A stretch of DNA of 64,000 nt from assembly GCF_032191835.1 (NCBI RefSeq), contig NW_026800101.1, forward strand, positions 1 to 64,000, written 5' to 3'. The position numbers and the translations under genes were made by a program. The DNA comes from Heteronotia binoei. Lineage: Eukaryota. The notes under the pieces were generated by a model. It was not told the DNA's origin, did no database searches, and saw nothing but the letters and a program-made list of their open reading frames with translations. Shown here piece after piece: positions 11,857 to 25,275 of this stretch. Each line of letters starts with the position of its first letter. Within the stretch, counting starts at the first letter, position 1.

Positions 11857-12754
11857 ATGGTGAACATGAGATGTTTTGCTAGATTTGCAGCTGCCTTTCT
11901 GCAAGCTATTTAACACATTGGTTGGCAGCAAGCCCAGGTCTGATAGGTAACCAGCTACCTGAGCAACTGTGCCCATACAAAAACTTGGTTTTGGTTGCCT
12001 TTGCAGTGGGCATTTTTAATTTTACACTTAAAACATTTCGGAAGCATATCCCCAAAATGGAAAAAGTGAAAAAGTCCTCAAGCATGGCCATTCAAATCAG
12101 TTAAATGGTCTGTCTACTGTATATGCATGCCAAAGATGCCAATTCTTTTGCTTCAAAAGAAAAGCAAATGGTATGTGCTGATAATATTGCTATGGGTTTT
12201 AGGAGAGTTTAGTCTAGGACAGTGAGTTTATGTTTTATTCTGATTTATTTAAAATTCTGTATTTTATCTATATAGACCCTAGGATTACCATTTGCCTGCT
12301 TTCTGTGCTGGCACTCAGTATAGCAGTGGGGGGAATATGGAGGGGGATGGAGTTGTATGACACTATGACATCATTTCCACCTGAAAAACTGGAGTGTGCA
12401 ATGCTCTAGGAGTCTTCCTCATCTACATGATAAAAATCATAGAGATTGGGAGGTTCCTGAAGCTTTGCACAACTTGGTGATGTCACTTCCTGTTTTCCAG
12501 CCAGAAATGATGTCACAGTGTTGTACAATGCTACTGACAACTGTCTCTACCCGACTCTGATCCTTGATTGCCAGCTAAGGCCAACATTAATAGGCACACC
12601 TGTTAACAAATACCAAAATGCTATAGTGATGGTTTTAAAAAATACTGCAGATGCTGTTAGGTCAAACCAAATTTTCTTGCAATTTAATCCAGAATATGTT
12701 CAAGAACAGGTCTTTTAAGTTTGCCCTGAGACTAAATCAGAATACTTAACTCAA

Positions 12755-12869
12755 GGCCTTTTTTGAGCAGGAACACACAGGAATGCAGTTCTGACTGACT
12801 TGGTGCCAGGGAGCGTTGTCTAATATGCAAATGAGTTCCTGCTGGGATTTTTCTACAAAAAAACCCTGA
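12755..12869. mobile_element. CAGGGC-family MITE
   Basis: ggcctttttgagcaggaac...ctacaaaaaaaccctg. Confidence 0.75.
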
Positions 12870-13373
12870 CTTCACTAAATGTTCCATTTCATTTTTCCCC
12901 CCTAGGCTTCCTGGAGAGGTGGATCCCACCACAGTGTTTGCTTCCTTATCACCAGAGGGGCTGCTGATCATCGAGGGTCCTCAGATACCTCCCTACTACC
13001 AGTATGGAGACAGTAGCTATGGTAACGAGATACCCGTGGACAACCAAGAAACCACCTGTGCCTGAAGCCTCTCATTGCATTTCCTCCCCTTCAACCCTTG
13101 CTCTTCCCTCCTTGTGTGACTGCGTTCGCCAAAAGCCGATTTGATTTTGTACATTTTCTTATAAGATCCTCTTTTGTAAAAACATGTCCTGCTGCTTCCC
13201 AAGTTCTAGTCAGATCTCTGTGTTGTTGGGAGAAGGTGAGTGTCCTGGCACCCTGGAAACCACATGTCCCATGGTTCCTTGTGGCTCAGATACTGTTGTG
13301 AGCATGCACAGCTGCATCCCAGGCCTAAAGAAGCCTGGGACATCTATCTCAAGTTGGAGGCTTTTTTTCTCGG

Positions 13374-13575
13374 GGTGTGTGAGTGTGTGTGTGTGTGTGT
13401 AAAATGCCATCAAGTCACAGATGACTTATGGCAACCCTGGCAAGGGCTTTCAAGGCAAGAGAGAAGCAGAGGTAGTTTGCCATTCTGTTCCTCTGTAGAA
13501 TCGTCCTTGGCAGTCTCCCATCCAAGTACCAAACCCTGCTTAGCTTCCGAGTTCTGACTATATACCATGCTGCCT
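13374..13575 (-). mobile_element. 5S-rRNA-derived SINE with (CA)n tail
   Basis: Reverse strand ctcggaagctaagcagggtttggtacttggatgggagac is 5S-like (internal control region), followed by a BovB/Sauria-type tail. Confidence 0.75.
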
Positions 13576-16500
13576 TCCCTCCCGTTTCCTTCAGCAGCCA
13601 TTGTTATAACATCTCACATGTTATAACATCCCATATTTTTGATACAGCTCCTGAGGCCCTATAATAGTGGCCTTGAACCAGAGGAACACCATCCAGCAAG
13701 ACCTGTAGCACTTCCAAACACACTTGAGGCCGATTCTGAGGAGGAAGCTTCCTGAAGACATCCCCAAGGAGCACAGGATGCCAACTTCTGACCCTAGGAC
13801 TGGTGTTTCAGATCTTTCTGGCAGGGAGCTGGTTCCAAACTATATTGTCAGTTTCCACTGATTCTTCCTACTTGTAGATACTTGAGGTTCCCTCTCCCCC
13901 CACCCCTGTCCCCTGGAAGCAGCACTTTTTGGAGATCAGTGGGTAGCAGGAAAGTTCCATACTACTGATGAAAAATTTCATCTGCATCCAACCCAGGGAG
14001 TTTAAAAACCCAGATTCATTAACCTACCTAAGGAAGTCTGGATGTTCTACAGGCCCCCAGCTGAGGAGGCAACAGGCTTAAGAGCCTGCAGCTAGCGACT
14101 TACTTGCTAGACCTTTAAACTCCATGCACCTCATTCTTAGGTGGCAAAGATGTGGCAGTCATCGGTCTTGCTCAAGGTACCTAAGGGCTTATCGGAAATC
14201 CACCCGCTGTGAAAGCCAGACTGCTGCTCTAGCACTCAAAATTGGTTTAGATATGGAATCCCTTGCTATCTACCATGGAACTCACAACCTTTTCTGCTTG
14301 CTGTGCCTGTTTGTCTGATCCCAATCTGTACCCTTTTCTTCTTGCCTCTGTCGTCCTTATTTGGCCATCTGAAGTTCTTGCCAAGCCTGATGTGTGTCTT
14401 CTAAGAGCTTCAGGCCTAGAATACTAGCCATTGTGCATATGCAGAACCAGATATAGCTCCTGCCTCAAAGGTATCAGCCAAGGAGGTAAAGGATCTCATG
14501 GGCAGCAAAAATAATTTCTGCAAGTTCACACACTGCTGGGATAGCCAGCCCTTGTTGAACATTTACCTTGAATTGACCATGATTCTCAGCCCCTTGGATT
14601 GTGGGGCTACCAGTGACCCATCAAAACACTTACCAACCTACTACTGATTTTGCACTGAAATTGCTCCTGCAATTGGTCCATCTGAGTTTACAGATGTTTC
14701 TGGAGCATCAATGCTGAATTACTGAAGAAGACAAGAACATCTTCATCCTTGAGAGCGGTGGAGCCAGCTGGCATCTCTTCTTCACTACTACCACAACGAC
14801 CCTTCCAGCGTCAGGATGAGCCAAGCTAGTCTTTTTTTTTACAACTGAGACTGCAACAACATCACAGTGGCTTCTCCTTCCTGTATAAGCACGCTCTCCC
14901 ACATCAATTAACACCCTTTATGAATCACAGTCCCATCAAGGTCTTACATGCTCCAGTTTTTGTTTATCCAAGTATATAGCAACAAGTCGTCTTTGTCATT
15001 TGTTGGATGTCAGTGTATGTGGAATATTTATGGCAATAGGAAGAAATAGCTTTAAATGTTTATTATGGTCCTACCCATATGTCACTTCCCCCATGGAGTA
15101 GGGTACTTTGTTTCTATTGAGAAAAAAACACAAGAGTATGTTGTAGACTGACAAGCTGTCAACAGACCAGAACTATTTTAAAAATATATAAGACATAACT
15201 GTTTAGACCTATTTCTTTTTCTTTTTTTCAAATGAGATTTGTGCGTTTATTTGATTAATAAATTCAAGGTGAAATTCTTAGCTGTGTACGTTTGAATCTT
15301 TACAGTTTAACTTACCTTCTAAGCAGCTAGCAAAGTTTCTGCCATTCTAGCCATGTATTTACGACATTTTCATACTACCCTGTCTCCAAAAATGTACATG
15401 ATCTTTACCTCCTGTTACTCCTGCAAGAGCCCCATAGACTGGAGTATGTTAGACCAAGAAAGTTGAAAGGTAAACCCAGAAAGACTTGTGGCTGAACAGG
15501 TTCCCATATCTTAGGATGAGCTACAATATACATTTTTTGGCAAGTCAAGTCTGCCTTCCCACTCACTCCCCCCCCACCACCATCTCACAAGCATGTGCTC
15601 AGCTCCAAATAAGGCAGATAACTCCTCCAGGGGCCATTTTGGCTTGAGAAAATGGCACAGGGGCAGGCAGGAGCTCTTACATGCTGTTTTTCCAAACCAA
15701 ATTACCTCCCCCCCACCCCCAGTTTTTAAAATGACATTATCTCAGAGGCAGTCAGTCTATGAGCAGCAAAGGCAGCTACCCGGGGCCTCATGCTGTGTGC
15801 AGCCACCCACCCCCTAGCCCTCACTGAAGAGGGGCGGCTGGTTTGGCAGCAGTTGCTGCTCTCATCTGCCCCCTCTAGGCCTCCAACAGCTGGCTCAGCA
15901 GCAGTGGCCAGAAGGAAGGAAGGGGTGGAAAGAAAGCAACTTTAACTTTAAATGCATTCTCTAAACCACTGGCTGGCTTGGCTTGGAGAAGTGATTTAAA
16001 GAGAGAAATGCCTTCTCCAAGCTGTCCAACATGGTGGTGGGTGTTTCAAAAGTGTGTGAGAGCCACATGTGGCTCCTGAGCCACGGTTCGGCCACCCCAG
16101 CCATAGAGTATCCATTTTTCTCCAGGGAACTGATATCTGTAGTCTGGAGATAAAGTGTAATCCTGGGGGTTCCTCCAGTTCCACCTGGAGGCTGGCATCC
16201 CTATCTGGGGATAACTGATGCGGGGGAGGTGTAGAGTGAAAGCTATCATTTTAACGCTGTAGTGAGCTTACCACAAACACGTTGCGGTTGAAAACAGAAC
16301 ACTGGATTAAAAAAAACTTTCCATCTGATCCAGGAAGGCAAGTTTTATACTTTCTTCTTACAAACAATAACAGGAGCCAAGATTTCATAGCCATGATGTA
16401 ATTTGACAAGGGAGTGTCATATTTACTCTGTTGTGTAAGGGGGCATTTTGATCCTCATGGGCTTTCACACTGTAAGCTTGTTTTGAGCAGAAAAGATAAT

Positions 16501-16664
16501 TGCCTTGAATCATTCATCTTGCACAATCGCCATCCTTTTTCACTACTACTAGACTCAAACTTTGTTCTGCTGCTTCAGACCAACACGGCTACCCCACCTG
16601 AATCAGCTATTCCTGTGACTCTACCAGCTAAATAGGAATGTAGCCAAGCTCTAGGATAATCACT

Positions 16665-16880
16665 TAGGATTGCCAGCCTTCCAGGTGGAGCCTGGAGATC
16701 TCCTGTTTTTACAACTGATCTACAGCTGACAGAGATCTGTTTCCCTGGATAAAATGGCTGCTTTGAAGGGTGGACTCCATGGCATTGTACCATGCTGAGG
16801 CCCCTCCCCAAACTCTGCCCTCTCCTGAATCCACCTCCAAAGTCTCCAGATATTTTCCAACGCAGAACTGGCAAACCCTA
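16665..16880. mobile_element. TAGGGTTGCC-family MITE
   Basis: TIRs and family body. Confidence 0.75.
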
Positions 16881-17303
16881 TTTCCACCCCACCTGTGGGA
16901 AGAGCTCCTGCCTTCAATGGCAACATAGACAGTTGAGGCTTTCCCTATGCCTTTCTTTTCATACTGGAAAATGCAGTGCCTCTGGAACTTTGACCTGCCA
17001 TGCAGCTGTTAAAATCATGGTAGTTAAAAAAACAAACACACACATCTCTTGAGTTTGACAAGTTTGGCAGCCCACGAAAAACCTACACTGGCTGACCTGC
17101 TACATTTATGTAGTTCATGTAGCTTGTAAGCAGAGTGTTCCTGGCAACTATGGGAAACCCCTCTCTCCTCTAACTTGACTGTCACTAGAGGAAAATTCCA
17201 TGCTTACTACCTCAAGAATTCTGTGATGATTTCTTGTTACTGGGACAATTAAAACATTGGCATTGGAAGCTTTTAGTGTCTTGTGGTTCTCAATTGTCTA
17301 AAA

Positions 17304-17438
17304 CAGGGGTGGCCAACGGTAGCTCTCCAGATGTTTTTTGCCTACAACTCCCATCAGCCCCAGCCATTGGCCATGCTGGCTGGGGCTGATGGGAGTTGTA
17401 GGCAAAAAATATTTGGAGAGCTACCGTTGGCCACCCCG
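17304..17438. mobile_element. Short near-perfect hairpin hAT MITE
   Basis: caggggtggccaacggtagctctcc...ggagagctaccgttggccacccc; perfect TSD GTCTAAAA (17296-17303 and 17439-17446). Confidence 0.92.
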
Positions 17439-17484
17439 GTCTAAAAGAACAGGAACTATTTCCATCTGTAGTTGAAGATGAAGA

Positions 17485-17760
17485 TGAAGATTATATTGGA
17501 TTTATATCCCGCCCTCCACTCCGAAGAGTCTCAGAGCAGCTCACAATCTCCTTTACCTTCCTCCCCCACAACAGACACCCTGTGAGGTGGGTGGGGCTGG
17601 AGAGGGCTCTCACAGCAGCTGCCCTTTCAAGGACAACCTCTGCCAGAGCTATGGCTGACCCAAGGCCATTCCAGCAGGTGCAAGTGGAGGAGTGGGGAAT
17701 CAAACCTGGTTCTCCCAGATAAGAGTCCGCACACTTAACCACTACACCCAACTGGCTCTC
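17485..17760 (-). mobile_element. Squam3-like SINE, long variant
   Basis: Reverse strand gagagccagttgggtgtagtggttaag...gggcgggatataaatccaat. Confidence 0.9.
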
Positions 17761-18244
17761 CAGTTACTATTCCACTAGAAAATTCAAGGGCTTCTACATG
17801 TTCATATAGAAAAGTGGCAATGATTTACGGGAAATAGAATCTCTAGATCCCTGGGCAAAGTTTTTAAATAATCCTCTACACCATGAAATGCAGATTCAGG
17901 TTGGCAACAATCTAAGTCCTCTTGCCAGACATTACATCATGACCTGGAGTGTGATAAGTATATTGTTTTGAATACTGGTTCTCTTTGCATCCATTCTGTT
18001 TTCTGAAGATGAGCTAAGAATTCTTCCTCTGAAGCCTAATAGTCAACCTTATTCTAGTTTGGACTGGGTTGTTATAACAGCCTGGGAATAAGGGATGTCA
18101 GCCTCCAGGTGGGACCTGGAGGATCCCCTGGAATTACAGCTCATCTCCAGACTACAGAGACTACAGACTCCTAGAGAAAATGGATGCTCTGGAAGGTGGG
18201 CTGTATGGCATTTTACTCCACTGAGGTCTCCAGGCTCCATCCCA

Positions 18245-18665
18245 TGGGCACTCCATGAAATTGCTGAGCAGTTGGGTTAGAATGCATAAAAGGAAGTACT
18301 TCACCCAAAGAGTGATTAAAACATGGAATTCACTGCCACAGGAGGTGGTGGCAGCTACAAGCATAGATGACTTCAAGAGGGGATTGGATAAACATATGGA
18401 GCAGAGGTCCATCAGTGGCTATTAGCCACAAGGTATAGATGGAAGTCTCTTTCTGGGGCAAGTGGTGGGGTAGGGCGGCATATAAATAAAATAAATAAAT
18501 AAATATTCTTTGGGGGGGGGGCAACAGTGGGAGGGCTTCTAGTGTCCTGGCCCCACTGGTGGACATCCTGATGGCACCTGTTTGTTTGTTTTTTGGCCAC
18601 TGTATGGCAGAGTGTCGGACTGGATAGGCCATTGGCCCGATCCAACATGGCTTCTCTTATGTTCT
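18245..18665 (+). mobile_element. CR1 LINE 3' fragment
   Basis: Encodes ...KYFTQRVIKTWNSLPQEVVAATSIDDFKRGLDKHMEQRSISGY*; ends ccaacatggcttctcttatgttctt. Confidence 0.9.
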
Positions 18666-19616
18666 TATCGATCCCCAAATGTTCAGGAGTTTCCCAACCT
18701 GAATTTGGCAGTTCTGCCCCCCATCTCCCACCAGTTGCTGGGAGCAGGGCTTTTTTTTTCCTGGAAAAAGAGATGCTGGAACTCTGGGAAACAAAGGAGA
18801 AACACATGGGTGCCCCTCATGAACTTTTAAACATTTTTTTGAGAATGTTATTTCCACAAAGAGGTTCTATAACTTCATTCCTCCAGAGAAAAAAAGCCCT
18901 GGCCAGGAGGGAACCTGGCAACCCTAATCCTCCTAAACTACCATTACCTGGTTCTCAGTCAAATAGTCCCAGTGACTCTGCCATTGCCCCAGGACTTAGC
19001 TTGGCTTGTTCATAATCACTAATCTGTGTCCAGGAGAGCAGCCAGTAGAGAATGACACTTCACCCACATGTGTGTGCATAAAAAATGTACTGCTTGAGAT
19101 GGAATTTAACAGTTGTACCTTGTTTACACTCGAAGTTAATTTTCATGGGCAGGTAAAACCTTGCAGAGCAGGTTTTGCCCATTAACCTCTGGGCTGCCTG
19201 GGTGTGAAGGCCTTTCGTATATAGGGCTACCAATAGGCCTGATTAAAAAAAATGTCCTGTCTCTTTAATGGAGGTTTAATGTGTGGAAGTAGACAATGGA
19301 TGCTTTTCATGGCATAGAATTAAATGCTGTCCTACTAAGCCTCTATCAAGAACAAAGGAGTTGCTTCTTGTGGCCTCAAGACTCATGAGCAAGGGACACA
19401 CACAAATATTCTAGAAAGAGATTAGTAATCTTCTGTCAGACAGGATGGGTGATGTCTGATGTTACTTAAAGCAGACATGGAGAATTGGAAGAAAGAAAAA
19501 GATGTTGCTTTGGAAGGAGAAACCTGGAGGAACAAAAATGGGGGAGGAGAAAAAATAAATGGCTTAGAAAGAGAGGTTTAAATATGGCTTGAAACAGAAA
19601 TCTGGTAATTTTCATC

Positions 19617-19730
19617 GAATCATAGAGTTCGAAGGGACCTCAGGGTCATCTAGTCCAACCCCCTGCACAATGCAGGAAACTCACAAATACCTCCCCCTAA
19701 ATTCACAGGATCTTCATTGGTAGCCAATAT
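19617..19730 (-). mobile_element. CR1 3' UTR fragment
   Basis: gaatcatagagttcgaagggacctcagggtcatctagtccaacccc. Confidence 0.8.
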
Positions 19731-19893
19731 AACTACCCTGGCTACCTGTTAACTCACAATCATTCAGGGGTAAATTTAGGAAGAGAAGATTGCTTTTAGT
19801 TCCTTACTTGTCCTTTACTCAGTAGTTCCTAGACATTTTCCACAGCTGTATCAATCACTGCAAGATACGAGTTAACGTCACCCATTTATGAAA

Positions 19894-20173
19894 GAGTGGT
19901 AAGCTTCAGAACTACAGTCCAAGCCCTGCTCATGACCTGAGTTTGATTCCGGCAGAAGCTGGTTTCAGGTATCCCGCTCAAGGATGACTCAGCCTTCCAT
20001 CCTTCTGAGATCAGTAAAATGAGTCCCCAGCTTGCTTGGGAGTAAAGCGTAGATGACTGGGGAAGGCAATGGCAAACTACCCTGTAGAAAGTCTGCCATG
20101 AAAATGTCATGATGCGATGTCACCCCAGAGTCGGAAACAACTGGTGCTTGCTCAAGTGACTACCTTTACTTTT
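19894..20173 (+). mobile_element. Sauria/Squam1-like SINE
   Basis: cagccttccatccttctgagatcagtaaaatgag...ggggaaggcaatggcaaac...actacctttactttt. Confidence 0.9.
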
Positions 20174-21339
20174 CTATTATTTATGAAAACAGTATTATGG
20201 TCGTCTGCACCTATATAAAGCTTTTCAGATAAAGCTTCATGATGTTGAAATGGAATAGCATACATACCTTTTCCCATTTGTACAACTTTACATCAGAGGG
20301 GGGGGAAATCTGTTAATTTCTGCCTTGAGAAAAGCGACAGTCCTGTTTATGAAAAGCCCTAATTCATATGAGTAGCAATCCAGCAAGCCAAGGGAGGGTT
20401 GAGAGTAAAGCCTCTCTCTCTCTTTAATCAAATCTTTATTGAGCTTTTAATCTTCAGATAAATAAAAACCAAGTCCTACTGGGATGTGTTCCTAGAGCAT
20501 GCCAAATTAATACAGCTGTACAATGGTGGGTACAGAGTGCTGGGCTGTGACCAGAATTGCAGGATGCAGCATCATGGCCTTCAAAGATGTGATGTGTCAT
20601 TATTGAAAATCATGAAGTGTGAAAGATGCGCCAGTAAACACCTATCATTGTGACGACTCTCTGACAGACAATGCACAGTCACGCAGGCAGCTGCCTTCTA
20701 CTGAGCTGCGTGGCCTGATGCTGTGGACTCAGAGAGGCCAAAACCACACAATATGTTTTTCCCAGATGTACAGATGTGTTCTGGGAGCTCCATGCTTCCT
20801 ACATAGGGCTGCCAGATCCAGGCTGTGAAACTTCTGGAAAGTTGGGGATGGAGCCTGGGGAGGACAGGGACTGCAGCAGGTACAATGCCATTAAAGTCCA
20901 GCCTTCAAAGCATCCATTTTCTCCAGGGGAACTGATTTCTGTGGTCTGGCAATGAGCTGTAATTCCAGGGCATCCTCAGGTCCCACCTGGAGGCTGGCAT
21001 CCTGATCAGGCCATTCAGATTGGGACTGTGGCATGCATGGAAAAGAGGTCTTTGACCTCTTCTTGTGTTGCTTTATGTAGCTGAAATAGTCCTGCTGTAA
21101 GGGTTAGGGACACTCATACCTGGCAATCCCCTGGAAGGAATTGGGAGAGGATAAAGATGGGTGCACTGGTGCATGTAGGCTTGCCAGCCCCTCACTGGTG
21201 GTGGTGGTGGGGGGGTTAATCCCCCGACTCCAGCCAGCAATTCCCTACTGCTTGCTCAGCAGGCCAGTGGGGAGGAAATGGTGCAAACAGCGGGAATGCA
21301 AGCAGCACCCTTATGAACTGATGTTATTCCCCATTAGGT

Positions 21340-21740
21340 TTGCCAGCTCTGGGCTGAGAAATACCTAGATATTTGGTGGGTGGATTCTGAGGAGGTGGGG
21401 TTGAGGAGGGGAGAGAATTCAGTAGGGTATAATGCCATAGAATCCACCAGTTGTAATCCCAGGAAATCTCCAGCCACCACCTGGAGATTAGCAACCTTAT
21501 TCCCTGTCTACCTAGAAGTGACATCAGTGCATTGCCGGGGGACGTTGAAGATGCTCTTGTATTTAGACAAAACTCTGCCATAAAGATTTGCCCAAATGTC
21601 AGATCATCCCCAGCATCCCCCCCGCAACTTGCTGATGTCACTTCCAAGTGCATGGGAAATGATGTCAGGACATTGCTGTTAACATCATTGTGTCACTGGC
21701 AAGGCCCCACCCTGTAAATTCCCCTGCCAGTTGCCAGGTC
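21340..21740. mobile_element. Clustered TAGGGTTGCC-related MITE pieces
   Basis: Family body plus the gtgacatca/tgatgtcac internal variant. Confidence 0.55.
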
Positions 21741-24179
21741 CCATACCACTTATTTGAGTGATGGTCAACAGAAATCCTCTCCTTACTTTTTCACCACTGG
21801 AAGAGCTGGTCTGATCCAACCTGCTAGACCTTTTTAAAAGACTTATGGGACCCAACCCACCTGCAATTACAAGACAGCGCAGGATGGATAAGGAACAAAG
21901 ATTCATATACTGAGGTGGTTTATGCAACAAAGTCAAGCTTGTATTAAAATTTTTTAAAAGCATCAGTATTGTACACACAAATGCACAAGAGTGGCTAAGC
22001 CACATATATAAAACCTGCAAGAACATTTGGGAGTAAGAAAATAACAAGTGAAAACACATCCAGTTAAACTTAACTTGACTGGAAAACAAAGTAATTTCTT
22101 TTAGTACAATCTGGTTCCTTTCTCAGGTCAGCTGCCTGCCTTTCTTAAAGCAGCCAAGCTCTCCAGTACAGATTTCTCTCTTCCCAGGTGCTCTGGCCCT
22201 CTTATTTCAGTTCTTGCTCTTTGCTCTCGGATTCCTCTTGTTTATATAGCTTATTGCTGGTACTCCCTCCAATCCTAACCCATCAGGAAAGGGGCATCCC
22301 TACTCTTCAATTCTTACCCCCCCCCCCCAAATACTTTAAGCTTCATTTCTCCACTTCCCCAAGGGCCCCTCTTTTTTGGATTCTGTTTCCTAGGCTGACC
22401 ATATGAACCCTCTGCTTGAACCTGATCAGAATCATTTTTCTCCCCAAAGACAACCATTTTAAACATTAAATAGAACAAGAACCAAATACAAAATGATGGA
22501 AATAGTTCTGTTCCTTTACAGTCCTACTGCACTGTTTTTATGCTGCCCTGGCTTTTTACAATTCTCCCTGTGGAACTGGGTCCGCTTGCACATCAGTAAA
22601 AACCCTGGTCCCATTTGTACCAGGACTGGGACTTTTGGCCCTTCCTGTGATTTGCAGTCGGTGGGCCAGAGCCTAATGTAAGTGCAGGAAAATGTACTGT
22701 ACATTGTATTGTAGAAAGCTTTCTTTTTGTTATTCTCTCTACTGATTGTTCTGCCTTTGCACAGCCTGTTAGACCCCTGTTGGGCATTGTAATCTTTCTT
22801 CCATTCATTCCTGTATTCAGACTTGTTCCTTTCCCTTTTGAATAGCACGAAATTTTCCCCTCCTACTGTTTTCCAATGGAATGATGCTCAGTCTAGGCTC
22901 TGCTCATTGCCTTAAGGAGCCTGTGGTTGTTTGAACCTCTGCATGTTTACTCTAAAGTAAACCCCACATATTTTAGGGAGAAATCTGCAATGGGCAAGAC
23001 TGCACACATTACAAAAGGGGGGGGGGAGGAAGGAGGGATGGAGAGAGAGAGAAAGCACAATCCTGTTTCATAATACTTTGACACAGAAACCTGAATCTGA
23101 AACCATGCATCTATTATGCAAATTAGCTATTTGTTTGGCACAATTTACTCTTTTTCTGATAATAATCTGGAGCGAAAGATACTGCTCTGGGTGGATGCCT
23201 CAGAGAGCAAAGCCGCAGCCTGACTGCCCCAGTCATCCTCTATCAGGCTTGAAAGGACATCCCTGGAGCCTGCCTACTCCTGGTGTCTGGAAATAACTAC
23301 AGCATAGGTGGGCTGTGGGCAAACCTTGGGGCATTAGGACTGCATCTGGATCTCTCTACCCACCTTTGAGGGCTTCAGGTTGTATCCCGGCTTTTTCTGT
23401 GTCCAGCACCAGGAAACAAGAAAAGCTAGCATCCAGCTTGGAATGCTAAAAAAATCAGCAGAGACTCAGATGTGGCTGAAGTCTATTTCCCATTCTCCTG
23501 CTCTTAATGATACTCACCACAGGCTGCATAACAGTTTTGTGAGAGCACTGGCCTGCTAGCTGATGTTGCAATCTGCCAGGCCAGTTCCCTCCAATAAACT
23601 GATAAACACCTTGAGCCTGCATGAAAAGCTTCTGCAGGCTGAATGTGATCCCTTGAGACCATAATATTCTCTCAGGTATAGACCACCAGCAATGCCTAGC
23701 TCCTCTGTTACATAAGAATGCCTTTCTTACTTCATAGTCAGTCCGCTTGTGGTAACTAGGCCACAGTTCACTGCTGTAGTGCAAAAGCAGCCAGCCACCT
23801 TTGTAAAGCAGAGATCCTCCTCAGAGAGATGAAACAGTATAGGAGATACTAGAACCCAGTTGTCTGAGGAAATGCATAAGGCCTTCATGAGTGAAGGACA
23901 ATGGATCTAAGCAGAGGGGGCATCTTGATACACACAGAGTTAATTGCTTGGAAGGTTAGGATTTTAAGCTAGCAAGCCTGTGTGTGTGTGTGTCCATTTA
24001 TGATACTTTGAGAGTTGTAGAAGCTTCAAAATCATATCTATCCCTCTCACCCACCCTTTGCTGATACAGAAGAGAGGATCTTAGAAAATTCTATTAGCAG
24101 ATATGAATGCTGATATCTTTCATTACTATCCTCTGTAAATCTTCTCAGGTCCTAATTACACAATTACGTCGTTCTTAGT

Positions 24180-25100
24180 TTGTGTCCAGATCCACCATGA
24201 GGACATTCAATCAGACATACACTGTGTATTCTCTACGGGGAACTGAATTCCCAGACACATGATGGGGGATTGTGAAGGTCAGGGTCTTATACGATGCTGA
24301 AACAGAGGGGATTGTGAAGGTCAGGGTCTTATACGATGCTGATGTAAAGAGGTAGTGTGTGTCAACCAGTGTGGTCTCCACCTGACAGAGTTAAAAGGCC
24401 TTTGAATGTAATGCATTCAGCAACCCTGAGGGGATGGGCAAAGAATAATAACTTTTAATTTCTCCCAGAGATAGGGGAATAAGATATTTCAGAAACTAGG
24501 ATAGACGTGATGTAACAGTCTTGCTGGACCATTCTTTTTAAGAATACAGTTGATAATCGAGGAGAGCAGAGAGCAGTCAGCAGCCAAGTTTGTGCCCTTG
24601 AGGTGAATATTGGCCTTCCCTCAGCCCCAGGGTTCTCATAGTGTAAATGTGAGCTCCTCTCAGAAGTCACAAATCATTCACTAGTTTTCCTAAGATACAG
24701 ATGCAACCTCTTCCTCAAGTTAACTTGTTTTATCACAAAAAAGAGGTCCCAAGACTTCCAAAGTCTCCTGAGACAAGTTATCTCCCAATGAACTCTGTGG
24801 AGATAAAAATCCTACCTCCACACATTCACTGGTTTAACCTGCTGACCCAAGGCAAACTCTGAGACAAGATCCCTCTAGTCTCTTTTTCTCTGAAGGTTCA
24901 GACCCTTATCTGAGCTGAGACGGCTTTCTGTCTCTTGCACTCCACTCTCATCTGGCTTCTCCAGTCCTTCCAGGGATCCTGGTTGACTCCAAAATGTTCT
25001 GCTCACACACTGAACAGGACTAGATGTGATTGGTGTATTTCAGAAATACCCATATTTGCCCATCTATCACAGGGACCAACCTGGGATAAGGATCAGCACA
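24180..25100. mobile_element. Possible LTR-like insertion containing a 36-bp tandem duplication
   Basis: TG...CA-like limits and pyrimidine-skewed 3' half; no TSD found; boundaries uncertain. Confidence 0.25.
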
Positions 25101-25104
25101 TGCA

Positions 25105-25275
25105 ACTCATGGGGTAGGCGCTCCTTCCTTGGAGGTTATTAAACAGAAGCTAGATGGCCGACAGCAATGAGGATCCTGTGAATTTAGGGGGAGGTATTTG
25201 TGATTTTCCTGCATTGTGCAGGGGGTTGGGCTAGATGACCCTGGAGGTCCCTTCCAACTCTTTGATTCTATTATT
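25105..25275 (+). mobile_element. CR1 3' UTR fragment
   Basis: gggggttgggctagatgaccctggaggtcccttccaactctttgattctatt. Confidence 0.85.

Noticed and set aside
13500-13560. 5S rRNA-like sequence (also at 28410)
   Set aside because: Partial, diverged and fused to a SINE tail; not a 5S gene.
14694-14829. Possible plus-strand terminal exon (CFWSINAELLKKTRTSS...RQDEPS*)
   Set aside because: Weak pyrimidine tract and no upstream partner exon. The 13.6-14.8 kb block may be a decayed retroelement (a DIRS-like gag was considered), but I found no diagnostic motif.
15312-15420. Perfect minus-strand donor AAG|gtaagt
   Set aside because: All frames upstream contain stops and the acceptors are weak; such donors recur by chance (also at 14100, 14628, 47629).
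21740-22520. Possible minus-strand LTR
   Set aside because: Composition is suggestive, but no TSD or clear termini could be fixed.
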